In this document: positions 37,451-47,050 of the stretch, one piece after another
Numbering within the stretch: the first letter of the stretch is position 1
Layout of the letters: each line of letters opens with the position of its first letter
Source: Candidatus Hydrogenedentales bacterium
GTDB lineage: Bacteria > Hydrogenedentota > Hydrogenedentia > Hydrogenedentales > GCA-2746185
Assembly: GCA_038916785.1 (NCBI GenBank)
Contig: JBCLBO010000002.1
Location: 21,085 to 85,084 of the forward strand
DNA: 64,000 nucleotides
Reading direction: 5' to 3'
The notes under the pieces: generated by a model
Told to the model about the DNA's origin: nothing
Database searches by the model: none
The model's input: the letters and a program-made list of their open reading frames with translations, nothing else
Translations under genes and position numbers: made by a program

Positions 37451-38418
37451 AACGAATCGGCGTACTGACCAGCGGGGGCGACTCGCCCGGCATGAACGCG
37501 GGCATCCGCGCGGTGGTCCGCGCGGCCGGCCACTACGGTATGAGCGTGCACGGCATTCGCCACGGCTACCAGGGCCTGATCGACGGCGACATCGTCCCCA
37601 TGGGCCCGCGCGATGTCGGCGGGATCATCAACCGTGGCGGAACCATCCTGCGTACTGCGCGCTGCAAGGATTTTTTCGAGCCCGAAGGCCGCAAGCGCGC
37701 CGCCGCCGCGCTCGAGGCCTTCGGCATCGAAGGCCTCGTCGTTATCGGTGGAGATGGCTCCTATCGCGGAGCGCTAGCGCTCGAACAGGAGCACGGGATC
37801 CGGTGCATCGGGATGCCCGGCACCATCGACAACGACATCGGCGGCACGGACTTCACCATCGGATTCGACACCGCGCTCAACACGGCGCTCGAGGCCATCG
37901 ACCGCCTGCGAGACACGGCGGAGTCGCACGATCGCATTTTCTACGTCGAGGTGATGGGCCGGCGCAACGGGTTCATCGCCATGTTCAGCGCCATCGCCGG
38001 CGGCGCGGAGTGGGTGCTCGTTCCCGAAGTCCCCACGGACATCGATGAACTGGTCCGCGGCCTGGACCGGGCGCATTTGCGCGGCAAGCGATCGAGCGTC
38101 ATCGTCGTCGCCGAGGGCGGCGACGCCGGCGACGCCGCCACGATCGCCAAGAAGGTCGCCGAGCGCTCGGCCTTCAAGGAGTACCGGGTCACGGTCATCG
38201 GCCATCTCCAGCGCGGCGGATCGCCGACCGCCTTCGACCGAATTCTGGCTGGCCGACTCGGCGTGCGCGCGGTGCAAGCACTGGCAGAGGGCCAGAGTGG
38301 TCTAATGACAGGCGTGGATGGCCGCGATGTGGTGCTCCGGCCGTTTTCGGACGCCTGGGAAGTACCGTCACGCTTCAATCCGGATTACACGAAATTGATG
38401 CAAATCCTTGCCCTATAA
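37447..38418 (+). CDS. pfkA: ATP-dependent 6-phosphofructokinase
   Basis: [67 protein letters not shown]. Confidence 0.95.
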   Translation: [323 protein letters not shown]

Positions 38419-38491
38419 TGAGTTAAAGGGCTGGATTTCCCGGCGTTTCGTGTAAACCATCGAAGGGTGGCCGGCGTCGTATGAATAGCGA

Positions 38492-39622
38492 ATGCTGATG
38501 GCCGAGCGGTTACCCGGACAAATCGTGCCGCCGGTGATAGAGGGCGGAACCCCCCGCCCCCCTGCGCGGGCCGGGGGACGTGGTCCGCCGCGCCGGCGCG
38601 ACGATATCCGCGAAGCCATGCGCGACTCGCAGGACGCGCTGCGCGAGGCGGGAGACGCCATCCACGACCTCTTCGCGCAGAACCTGCCGGCGTTTCACAA
38701 TTCCGCCGGGCCGATGCTGGTTCCCCCGATGATGCTGGCGGATTCGGGCCCGGGCAACGCGAAGCCGGTGGACGAAACCAAGCCCGCCGCTGGAGTGAAC
38801 GACATCGAAATCCATAACGTCTCCGGCAAGACCGTCATCGTCGGATGGGACCAGGACTCCATCAATGTGAAGGGATCGCTGGGCGAAGACGTCCAGGAGC
38901 TCATTTTCACGGTGGAAGACGGCTCGTCCGTAGTGCGGGTGAAGGTGCCCGAACGGCACCGCAATTTGAAGATTCGCTCCGACCTGACGATCAGCGTGCC
39001 CAAGCGCCTGCGCGTCGACGCGCACACCGTTTCCGGCGGCATCGAGGCGAGCGGCATCGAAGGCGCGCGCGTCAGCCTCGAAAGCGTCAGCGGCGGCGTG
39101 ACCGTGAGCGCGTGCAGCGGCGACATCCAGGCCAAAACCATCAGCGGCGGCATCGAAATCCACGACGCGAAGAAGGCCGTCGACGCCGGGTGCGTCAGCG
39201 GCGGCATTGAAGTCTACGGATCCCCCACGGTCGTCTCGGCCGAAACAATCAGCGGCGGAGTCGTCGTCGAAGGCGCGCAAGAGGAAGTGAGGGCGGATTC
39301 TGTCAGCGGCCGCGTAAAGGTCACCGGCGGCAAACTCAAACGCTTCAACGCCGAGAGCATCTCCGGCGGCATCGAGTACGAAGGCGGCATGGCCTCCGGC
39401 GCGCATTTCGATCTCAACACCCTGAGCGGCGGCATCCGCCTCCAGTTCACCGAAGACGTCTCCGCCGAGTTCGATCTACACAGCTTCTCCGGCGGCATCG
39501 AAGTCGATCTGCCGGGTGCGCCGACCTCCGGCAAGAGGCAGCTTACCTTCACGGTCGGCAGCGGCGACGGCACCGTGGACGCCGAGGCCTTCAGCGGCGG
39601 CATTCGCGTCAGCAGGAAGTAG
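38492..39622 (+). CDS. DUF4097-like beta-strand repeat protein
   Basis: More than ten repeats of the h-SGGI-x-h motif (TVSGGIEA, SVSGGVTV, TISGGIEI, CVSGGIEV...), typical of DUF4097 putative adhesin folds. Confidence 0.7.
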   Translation: MLMAERLPGQIVPPVIEGGTPRPPARAGGRGPPRRRDDIREAMRDSQDALREAGDAIHDLFAQNLPAFHNSAGPMLVPPMMLADSGPGNAKPVDETKPAAGVNDIEIHNVSGKTVIVGWDQDSINVKGSLGEDVQELIFTVEDGSSVVRVKVPERHRNLKIRSDLTISVPKRLRVDAHTVSGGIEASGIEGARVSLESVSGGVTVSACSGDIQAKTISGGIEIHDAKKAVDAGCVSGGIEVYGSPTVVSAETISGGVVVEGAQEEVRADSVSGRVKVTGGKLKRFNAESISGGIEYEGGMASGAHFDLNTLSGGIRLQFTEDVSAEFDLHSFSGGIEVDLPGAPTSGKRQLTFTVGSGDGTVDAEAFSGGIRVSRK

Positions 39623-39646
39623 CAGCTCATTCTTTGCCGAGTTTCC

Positions 39647-39684
39647 AGCGGCCCGCGCCCAGGCGCGGGCCGCTCTCGTTTTTA
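39647..39684 (+). terminator. Rho-independent terminator
   Basis: 12-bp stem AGCGGCCCGCGC/GCGCGGGCCGCT with loop CCAG, followed by CTCGTTTTTA. Confidence 0.7.
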
Positions 39685-39760
39685 TCGCGGGAACTTGAAT
39701 AAATAGGCCCGCCTCGCGCGTGGTAAGGTGGAAGCGTAGCGCCCGGCAGGAACGTGGTGA

Positions 39761-40246
39761 ATGCAAACGGATCTCGCGGAAACACTTCGTATGTTTTACG
39801 TATCGCATCGTCAAGAGCTATTCACCTATGCGCTATCGTTGACGGGTTGCCCAATGGGCGCCGAAGACGCCGTGCAGACGGCGTTCAGCCGCGTCTTACA
39901 GCGGGGCCGCGCGCCGAGTGAATTGCGGCCTTACCTGTTTCGCTGCGTCCGAAATGCGGCGATGGATGAGGGCCGGGCGCGGCAACGAGCCAGCCGAAAC
40001 GATTCCATATTTAACGGCGTGCATGCGGCCCAGGGAGACTCGCGGCTCCGGCTCGAAGTTGAGGAACTGTTCGCTACGCTGACCGCAGACGAACGGGAGG
40101 CGGTTGTCCTGAAGGTCTATTCCGGGATGACCTTCGAGGAAATCGGCGGAGTACGCGGCGTACCGCTGCAGACTGCGGCATCGTGGTATCGCCGCGGCAT
40201 GAGTAAACTTCGGATCGCCTGGACCCGAGAGGAAAACGCGACATGA
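39761..40246 (+). CDS. ECF-type RNA polymerase sigma factor
   Basis: Region 2 (LFTYALSLTGCPMGAEDAVQTAFSRVL) and region 4 (MTFEEIGGVRGVPLQTAASWYRRGMSKL). Confidence 0.8.
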   Translation: MQTDLAETLRMFYVSHRQELFTYALSLTGCPMGAEDAVQTAFSRVLQRGRAPSELRPYLFRCVRNAAMDEGRARQRASRNDSIFNGVHAAQGDSRLRLEVEELFATLTADEREAVVLKVYSGMTFEEIGGVRGVPLQTAASWYRRGMSKLRIAWTREENAT

Positions 40247-40638
40247 ATGACGACGAAGAGAAGTTGAGAGCATTGCCCCTCGCGAAGCCAAGGGCGGAGT
40301 TGGATGCGCGGATCGATCGGCTCCTCGCTACTGCGGCCGTTGGTGGAGCGAAGCGCCAAAAGGTGGGACTCGGTTACGTGTTCGCCGCCTCGGCATTCTC
40401 CGCCGCGGCCGGGGCGGCCGTGGCGGTAGTAGCAATGAGGGATTCGGTGCCGAAGCCCATCCGATACGACTACATAGAACGACCGACATTGCCAGCGCGC
40501 ACCGATCCCTTCGACTTTAGCCGATCTTCAAGCCCCAACCTGGCCGTCTGGGGCTCGCCGGAGGAAGTAGTAGTCACCTATCCGAATCGTCTTCAGGAAC
40601 TGGTGAGTGAGCAAACCCTGGACGATTCCAATATTTGA
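40243..40638 (+). CDS. Putative single-pass anti-sigma factor
   Basis: Overlaps the sigma-gene stop by 4 nt. 131 aa with one TM segment (LGYVFAASAFSAAAGAAVAVVAM). Confidence 0.5.
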   Translation: MNDDEEKLRALPLAKPRAELDARIDRLLATAAVGGAKRQKVGLGYVFAASAFSAAAGAAVAVVAMRDSVPKPIRYDYIERPTLPARTDPFDFSRSSSPNLAVWGSPEEVVVTYPNRLQELVSEQTLDDSNI

Positions 40639-40692
40639 GTTGGACTGATGGAAGTCCACGTGGCCAAACGGCAGCAAAAGGGGAGACGAATT

Positions 40693-41388
40693 ATGAATCG
40701 GCGAATGATGGTTGCATGGGTTGGAGTCGCACTGGCGGGATTCCATTCGTCTATGGCACGGGCTCAAGGGGCTTTTGAATCTGAGATTAAGATCTACCAC
40801 GTGCTCACGAAAATTACCTGGGATTCCTCGCGAGGAGGGAGTCCGTGTGACGCCTGTGATATCAGGTATCATCTCGAAGAGCAGTTGGATGATGTGGCAC
40901 TGACCATGAAAGGTCGGGACCTGACGTGGAATGGCGCTAAGGAACCGGACCACCCACTCATTCACAGAGTGGGCGTGTTTCATATCATGCTTCCTCGTGA
41001 AGACCCGGCAGGATCGATTGGGGCGACCTCCGCGACAGAGTACTTCGATATGGAGGACGGCCATTATGTGGTCCGTAGGACGGGCTCCGAGCTTGGTCTG
41101 CGAATGGAGTTCCGCCTGACGCATGAGCCAGGAGTCTCCGAAGACCTCTTCGTGAATGATTACCGTTTGGATTTTTCGTATATCAAGGAGAGGGCGAGTC
41201 TGCCCGGCGTGGAGACTCTAGATGTGGGCAAGCCCGTCATCGAGTCTCTCACTTCCAGCGGAAAATGGCAGTTTCGCGTGGGCGAGTGGTCGTGTCTGCG
41301 CCTGAACGTGCCCTCAAAAGGCAAGCTGTACGTGTTCGTCCGCACGGTCGCCACTTTCGACACAAACCCCAAGCCGAAAAAGCCCTAA
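40693..41388 (+). CDS. Secreted protein of unknown function
   Basis: Start chosen at MNRRMMVAWVGVALAGFHSSMARA (signal peptide) after SD AGGGGAG. AT-richer gene. I recognise no motif. Confidence 0.5.
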   Translation: MNRRMMVAWVGVALAGFHSSMARAQGAFESEIKIYHVLTKITWDSSRGGSPCDACDIRYHLEEQLDDVALTMKGRDLTWNGAKEPDHPLIHRVGVFHIMLPREDPAGSIGATSATEYFDMEDGHYVVRRTGSELGLRMEFRLTHEPGVSEDLFVNDYRLDFSYIKERASLPGVETLDVGKPVIESLTSSGKWQFRVGEWSCLRLNVPSKGKLYVFVRTVATFDTNPKPKKP

Positions 41389-41403
41389 ATCCGTAGCGCC
41401 GCG

Positions 41404-42201
41404 CTACTTGAGCCCAAGAACGTCCTGCATGTCATACAAACCTGGCTTGGCTTTGACCACGAAGCGCGCAGCCACGATCGCGCCGCGCGCGAAGGTGTCG
41501 CGGCTGTGGGCCTTGTGCGTGAGTTCGAGGCGTTCCCCGTTTCCAATGAACGACACGGTGTGGTCGCCGATCACGTCACCGCCACGCAGTGCGTGCACGC
41601 CGATCTGCCGCGCGGGCCGTTTGCCGGTCATGCCCTCGCGGCCGAACACCGCGTCGCCGGGATACGAGAGGCCGAGGCCCTCCGCGGCGCGCTCGGCGAG
41701 CCGCACCGCGGTGCCGCTGGGCGCGTCCGCTTTCTGGTTGTGATGTGTCTCGACAATCTCGACGTTGTAATCGAGCCCGAGTGTCTGTGCGACCTGCTGC
41801 GTGAGTTTGAACAACAAGTTCACCCCAACGCTCGTGTTCGGCGCGAAGACGATCGGAATTTTCTTGGCGAACTCCGCGAGCTGAGCGCGCTCGCTCTCGC
41901 TCAGGCCGGTCGTCCCGACGACGACAGGCTTGCCCGCTTGCGCCGCCGCCGCGACGTTGATCAACGTGGCGGCGGGCGCCGTGAAGTCGATGAGCACGTC
42001 GGCATCCGCGAGCGCCGCCGTGGCGTCCTTCGCCAGTCGAAGGGATCGCGCTTTGCCCGCTTCCGCGCCGAATTGGATTTCGGCGCCCGCGTGCTGCGGC
42101 AGGTCGAAGGCCCCGCCCACGCCGAGATCCGGCGCGGCCGCGGACAACTCCAAAATCCGCCGCCCCATGCGCCCGAGCGCGCCCGCCATGCAAATCTTCA
42201 T
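41404..42201 (-). CDS. dapB: 4-hydroxy-tetrahydrodipicolinate reductase
   Basis: Start at MKICMAGALGRMGRR (NAD(P)-binding loop). The signature ETHHNQKADAPSGTA is present. Confidence 0.9.
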   Translation of the reverse strand: MKICMAGALGRMGRRILELSAAAPDLGVGGAFDLPQHAGAEIQFGAEAGKARSLRLAKDATAALADADVLIDFTAPAATLINVAAAAQAGKPVVVGTTGLSESERAQLAEFAKKIPIVFAPNTSVGVNLLFKLTQQVAQTLGLDYNVEIVETHHNQKADAPSGTAVRLAERAAEGLGLSYPGDAVFGREGMTGKRPARQIGVHALRGGDVIGDHTVSFIGNGERLELTHKAHSRDTFARGAIVAARFVVKAKPGLYDMQDVLGLK

Positions 42202-42672
42202 GTCTCGATCACTCCAATTTCGATCACGCGATTCACGGGCGGCGCGCACGTCGTCCACACCACCATGATCCTTTGCCCCGGAGGGGCATCCGACAGTAGC
42301 CCGCCGTTTCAACGGCGGGTAAGGACCGAGACAATTTCCAGTCCCGTAGGGACGGCTGAACCCGCGATTCCTCCGGCTCAGCCGTCCCTACAGGACTCCA
42401 GATTTTGAAGTGGCCCTGACCCGGCGATGAATCGCCGGGCTATTGTCAATTGTCCCTCCGGGACAATCAAGAATGCGCACTCGGCGCCAGACCAGACCGC
42501 GTAGACAGCGTTTCTTCCTGCGGCATCCCGAAGATCGGACTTGATCGTGACCGACGCCTCCGACACAAAAAGCCACCCCTAAGCTTTCGCCTAGAGGTGG
42601 CGCCTAGTCCTCACTCTATAGATCGTCGGCGATGTCAACGCATGGGCGGGCCGCCCATGCTACGTCGCGGTC

Positions 42673-42700
42673 GATCCGCTCAATCCGTCAAATCCGTGGC
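42673..42700. repeat. Solitary triple-ATCCGT arm
   Basis: GATCCGCTCAATCCGTCAAATCCGTGGC, directly preceded by a GCATGGGCGGGCCGCCCATGCTAC hairpin unit (42640-42663). Confidence 0.75.
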
Positions 42701-42710
42701 TGCTTGTTCT

Positions 42711-43367
42711 TCACTCTGCGGTCTTCTTCGGATACTTCGCGTCTTCCTGGACTTCGATGATCTGTTTGCTGTGGCGCACGGTGTGCAGCGGCACATACAG
42801 CAGCCAATCGTAGGCGCTCAGCCAGTTGAAAATCGGGAAGGGATGCTCGAAGGTGTGGTTCTTCATTTCGCGCGGCATCGTCTCGATATACGCGCGCACC
42901 TCGCCATGGATTGTGTAGAACTCCTGAATCGTCCGCGCGCGGTCCCAGTGTTCCGTCGGGCGGATTTCCATCGGCGCCTGCGCCCCGCCCACGCCGCCGG
43001 GGTTGCGGTTCGGCATGACTTGCCGGAGGAAAGCCGCCTTGTTCTTCGTGCGCGTGTACCACTCGGGGTCCGGCGCGCCCTTCATCGCGTTCAGCGCGTA
43101 GTCGAACAGCGCGCGCTCCGAGCGCACAATGTGCTCGGCGCATTCGCCCACCGACCAGCGGTCCGCGTTTTGCTTGAAGGCCCACTGCTCGTCCGACAGT
43201 CCCGAGATGAGCCCCAGCAGCATGTGCTGGGCGTCGTCCATCTGCTTGACCAGATCGGCGAATTCCGGGTCGGTCAAGTAGGGGCTGGGCGCGTCCTCCG
43301 CGGCGGCCATCGCGCCGGGAACCAGCGCCAGAACCATTGCCACTAGAAACACAGTCTTCCGAATCAT
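42711..43367 (-). CDS. Secreted DinB-family protein
   Basis: Signal peptide, then the DinB four-helix pattern (W..K....RWSVGECAEHIVRSE ... VPLHTVRHSKQI). Confidence 0.8.
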   Translation of the reverse strand: MIRKTVFLVAMVLALVPGAMAAAEDAPSPYLTDPEFADLVKQMDDAQHMLLGLISGLSDEQWAFKQNADRWSVGECAEHIVRSERALFDYALNAMKGAPDPEWYTRTKNKAAFLRQVMPNRNPGGVGGAQAPMEIRPTEHWDRARTIQEFYTIHGEVRAYIETMPREMKNHTFEHPFPIFNWLSAYDWLLYVPLHTVRHSKQIIEVQEDAKYPKKTAE

Positions 43368-43397
43368 GCGGGATTTTTCCTCGAGTCTCTTGTCGCG

Positions 43398-44069
43398 TTA
43401 TTCGGCGGCGGCGCCGGCCGCCGCGGCCTTCTTCGGATACTTCGCGTCTTGTTGCACTTCAACGATTTGCTTGCTGTGCCGCACGACATGCAGCGTGAGC
43501 AGGTTCAGCCAATCGTAGCCGTTGATCCAGCCGATCTGCGGCGCGGGATGCTGCGAGGTGTGGTCTTTGATGTCGCGGTTCATCGTCTCCACGAAAGCGC
43601 GCACTTCGCCATGCGCCTTGTAGAACTCCTGGATCGCGTGCGCGCGGTCCCAGTTCTCCGTCGGCCGGATTTCCGCCGGCGCCTGCACGCCGCCCTGGCC
43701 CTGCGGCCCGCGGCTGGGCACCACTTGGCGCAAGAGGTCTATTTTGCCGTTCGTGCGCGTGAACCACTCCGGGTCGCGCGGGCTGGCGATGACCTGTTTG
43801 GCCAGTTCGAGGAGCGCCTTCTCCGAGCGCGCGATGTGCTCGACGCATTCGCCCACCGACCAGCGGTCCGGGTTCTGCTTGAAATTCCACTGCTCGTCCG
43901 ACAGCCCGGTGATGAGACCCATCACGGTGTTCTGCGCGTCATCGATCAGCTTCACGAGTTCGCCGTATTCGGCGTCCGTCACATACGGCTTCGGCGCGTC
44001 CTCCGCGAAGGCCCGGCCGAGTGCCAGGCACCCCAAGATCGCCCCAATGAATAAAGTCTGCTTCCTCAT
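43398..44069 (-). CDS. Secreted DinB-family protein (paralog of 42711-43367)
   Basis: Collinear similarity to the adjacent gene (AEDAPKPYVTDAEYGELVKLIDDAQ...RWSVGECVEHIARSE...LHVVRHSKQIVEVQQDAKYPKK). Confidence 0.8.
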   Translation of the reverse strand: MRKQTLFIGAILGCLALGRAFAEDAPKPYVTDAEYGELVKLIDDAQNTVMGLITGLSDEQWNFKQNPDRWSVGECVEHIARSEKALLELAKQVIASPRDPEWFTRTNGKIDLLRQVVPSRGPQGQGGVQAPAEIRPTENWDRAHAIQEFYKAHGEVRAFVETMNRDIKDHTSQHPAPQIGWINGYDWLNLLTLHVVRHSKQIVEVQQDAKYPKKAAAAGAAAE

Positions 44070-44251
44070 GGCCTACTCCTCCCTTGGCGTGGCGCGCAGC
44101 CGCGGCCACAGATTTGGATTACGGTCATAATATAACACCGCAGAGCCCAGTAGGGACTCAATTTCTACGACCGGAAACGCAACCGATCGAAGACGGTTCG
44201 AGACACTAAACACTTCCACATTTTCCGAAAAACTAGAGCTGTCGCGGCTAC

Positions 44252-45136
44252 TTATTTGCCCGCGAGCTTCGTGTCGAACCAGTCGCCCATTTTGGCGACC
44301 TCTTCGGGAATCGTCATCCACGGATGCGCGCCGCCGGCCTTGATGTGAAACTCAACGTCGGTGCCCGCCGCTTTGAGCTTCTCCACCAGGAACTCCGACT
44401 GCTGCAGCGGCACCAGCGGGTCCGCGTCGCCGTGCCAGATGAGGAAGGGCGGCGTCTTGTCCTTCACCAGCAACGCGGGCGAGATCGCGCGCGCCTTCGC
44501 TTCGAGTTCCTCCGGGGAGCGTCCCGCGATGCCGCCCGGAAAAAGAATCTCGCCGATCAGTTTGAAATCCGGCTGGCCGGTGTCGCCCCACTGGAGGAAA
44601 TTCGTCGGCGGAAAAAAAATCCCGACTGCGGCCACATCCGTGCTCAATTTCGCCAGCGGGTCCTTCGAGTTCGGATCGCCGTCCTCGCGCGTCACCACCG
44701 TGAGCGCCGCCAGGTGGCCGCCGGCCGAGGCGCCGGTGAGACCGAGTTTGTCCGGGTCGATACCATAGTCCGTGGCGTGCGCCTTCGCCCAGCGGATACC
44801 CGTCTTGACATTTTTCACCATGTCCTCCGCGGTGAATCGGCCGCGCGAACCCGGCCGCACGGCGAACACCGTGTAGCCCTTGCCGCAGAAGATGGTGTAT
44901 ATCTGCGCCATCTGGTGATCGCGAATCTTGCCGCGATCGGAGCGCCATGCGCCGCTGGCGATGTCCACAATGCCCAGCCCGTTCTTCGCGCCCGTCGGCG
45001 TGAACACGTCCATGAGCAGGCCGACGCCGTCGACCTCGCCGTACAGCAGGTCCTGTTTTTGTTCATAGGGCACGGTGTCCGCCGCGGCAACGATCGCCGC
45101 GAACACGAGACAAAAAAACACCACTGCGGTACGCAT
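44252..45136 (-). CDS. Secreted alpha/beta-hydrolase (esterase/lipase type)
   Basis: Signal peptide, GASAGG nucleophile elbow, and a late HGDADPLVP ... GGAHPW catalytic region. Confidence 0.8.
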   Translation of the reverse strand: MRTAVVFFCLVFAAIVAAADTVPYEQKQDLLYGEVDGVGLLMDVFTPTGAKNGLGIVDIASGAWRSDRGKIRDHQMAQIYTIFCGKGYTVFAVRPGSRGRFTAEDMVKNVKTGIRWAKAHATDYGIDPDKLGLTGASAGGHLAALTVVTREDGDPNSKDPLAKLSTDVAAVGIFFPPTNFLQWGDTGQPDFKLIGEILFPGGIAGRSPEELEAKARAISPALLVKDKTPPFLIWHGDADPLVPLQQSEFLVEKLKAAGTDVEFHIKAGGAHPWMTIPEEVAKMGDWFDTKLAGK

Positions 45137-45297
45137 CAGACTGTGTCCTCCCAGACCTCAAGACGTGTTGCCGGCCAGTATAACCGCCGGGCGCCGCGCG
45201 CGCACTCCGCGGATCGCGGGATCACGGTCGGTTGACTGCCGCCGTCTTGCTTGCTACCCTTGGGCTTCCCCGGAAACTTCACGGAAAGGCTTTTTTC

Positions 45298-45807
45298 ATG
45301 GCGGATTCGAACGAAATTCTCGTCGCGGTACTCATGGGCAGCAAGTCGGACTGGGACACGATGGGCGCGGTCTCCGAGACACTGGGGGAATTCCAAATTC
45401 CCCACGAGTGCCGTGTGCTCTCCGCGCACCGCACGCCCGACGAGCTCGAAGCCTTCATGAAGGACGCCCTAGCGCGCGGCTGCCGCGTGTTCATCGCGGG
45501 CGCGGGCGGCGCAGCCCACCTGGCCGGAGTGATCGCCTCGAAGACCGTGCTCCCCGTGCTCGGCGTGCCGATCCCCAGCGTGCTCAACGGCCTCGATTCG
45601 CTGCTCTCCACCGTGCAGATGCCCGGCGGCATCCCCGTGGGCACGCTCGCCATCGGCAAGGCCGGCGCCACCAACGCCGCCCTCCTCGCGATCGCGATCC
45701 TCGGCACGAGCCGGCCGGAGCTGCTCAAGAAAATCACCGAGTACCGCAAGAAACGCGCGGAGAAAATTCTCGAAGAGACCCTGCCGCAAAAGAAGATAGG
45801 TTTCTAG
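45298..45807 (+). CDS. purE: N5-carboxyaminoimidazole ribonucleotide mutase
   Basis: Start at MADSNEILVAVLMGSKSDW. SAHRTP and AGGAAHLAGV motifs are present. Confidence 0.95.
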   Translation: MADSNEILVAVLMGSKSDWDTMGAVSETLGEFQIPHECRVLSAHRTPDELEAFMKDALARGCRVFIAGAGGAAHLAGVIASKTVLPVLGVPIPSVLNGLDSLLSTVQMPGGIPVGTLAIGKAGATNAALLAIAILGTSRPELLKKITEYRKKRAEKILEETLPQKKIGF

Positions 45808-45817
45808 CCAGCCGACT

Positions 45818-46123
45818 TCAAAGCCTTGTGTAGTCCTGCGCTCCATGTAAGACTCGCAATATGTAGATTGAATCGTCGCGAACTTGATAGACGATCGTGT
45901 ATCTCTCGAACCCTTCAAGCGTCCACAACCGCACGATTCTTGCTCGCAGGGAGAAGAGTATTCGGCTTGAGCCGATTTCTGGAAAGCCGGATAGGGTTCG
46001 CGTCGCTTTGTCGTAGGACTCAAGAAATCGTAAGGCCGCGTCTACATTGTCATGCGCGATGAAAGCGAAATGTTCGACTAAGTCTCGGCTCGTCCGCCTG
46101 GATTGGACAACGCGGAGCCTCAA
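45818..46123 (-). CDS. parE: ParE/RelE-family toxin (type II TA)
   Basis: 101 aa. The pattern A..DL..I..FIA.DN...A.RF.......L..FPE.G ... Y.IVY....D.I.ILRVLHGA.D is typical of ParE. Confidence 0.8.
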   Translation of the reverse strand: MRLRVVQSRRTSRDLVEHFAFIAHDNVDAALRFLESYDKATRTLSGFPEIGSSRILFSLRARIVRLWTLEGFERYTIVYQVRDDSIYILRVLHGAQDYTRL

Positions 46124-46356
46124 TGCCCGCGCATTTCTCGAAGGCGTGCGAATCCTTCTTCGCGAATTTCGGCCAGCGTCTCGGGCGTCACCGGAATTTC
46201 CTCGCCGTCCATCCCTTCAAGCACCGCCGCTTCAAACGCGCGTTCGCGGTTGAGCGCATCAAGCGCATCCCGGAGGAACGCTTCGACCGGCATGTTGTCG
46301 GACTCCGCCGCGCGACGGCGAATTTCCGATTCCAGTTCTGGCGAGATGTGTACCAT
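46120..46356 (-). CDS. ParD-like antitoxin
   Basis: 78 aa. It overlaps the toxin start by 4 nt. The layout, ISPELESEIRRRAAES...EAFLRDAL followed by an acidic tail, fits type II antitoxins. Confidence 0.65.
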   Translation of the reverse strand: MVHISPELESEIRRRAAESDNMPVEAFLRDALDALNRERAFEAAVLEGMDGEEIPVTPETLAEIREEGFARLREMRGH

Positions 46357-46396
46357 GCATCGATTATACCACGCGGGGAAAACGGCACGCTGGACT

Positions 46397-47050
46397 CTAT
46401 TCAGACCCCGATTCGGCGCCCGTCACCGCCTCCCCCAGCCACTGCTCGATCCGCGGCTGGAGCACTTCGTAGGGCTGGTAGCCAAAGGTGAGCAGGATGG
46501 GTTCGCGCGCATCTTCGAGAACGATGCTGGGAAATCCGGTGATGCCGTAGCTGCGTGCGCGGGCGAAGTCGGACTTCGCGCACCATTTCGTATTGCGATC
46601 GTTGAACTTTTCGAGGAACTCGTAACGCGCAACGCCGACCTCCTCCGCGATGTCCGCGAGCACGGCCTCGTCCGTCACGTCGCGGTTCTCCGCGTAAAAC
46701 GCGCGCTGCGCCGCCTCGAGAAAGTCGATCGCCGCGCCGGGCGAAAGCTGGCGCACCGCTACCGCCGCGCGCGCCGAAGGCTCCGTGTCGTAGCGCCAGC
46801 CCGCGGGCATCGCCAACTCAAAATTGAAGGGCTGGCCCGTCGCTCGGTTCACTTCGTGCCAATGGTGCAACACAATCTGTCGCCAGCCCTCGGTGAATTC
46901 CTCCGACGTTCCCGGACGCAATCCGCCGCAGATCAGTTGAATATCCAACCGCTCGCCGAAGTCCGCGCGGATCGCCTCCATCACCGGCGCGAAGCCCCAA
47001 CACCACGAACACATCGGGTCCGCGATGTAGTGCATCTTCGGCAAGTTCAT
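46397..47050 (-). CDS. DsbA-like thioredoxin-fold protein
   Basis: Start chosen at MNLPKMHYIADPMCSWCWGF (CxxC active site). Its ATG overlaps the eda stop (ATGA). Confidence 0.75.
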   Translation of the reverse strand: MNLPKMHYIADPMCSWCWGFAPVMEAIRADFGERLDIQLICGGLRPGTSEEFTEGWRQIVLHHWHEVNRATGQPFNFELAMPAGWRYDTEPSARAAVAVRQLSPGAAIDFLEAAQRAFYAENRDVTDEAVLADIAEEVGVARYEFLEKFNDRNTKWCAKSDFARARSYGITGFPSIVLEDAREPILLTFGYQPYEVLQPRIEQWLGEAVTGAESGSE

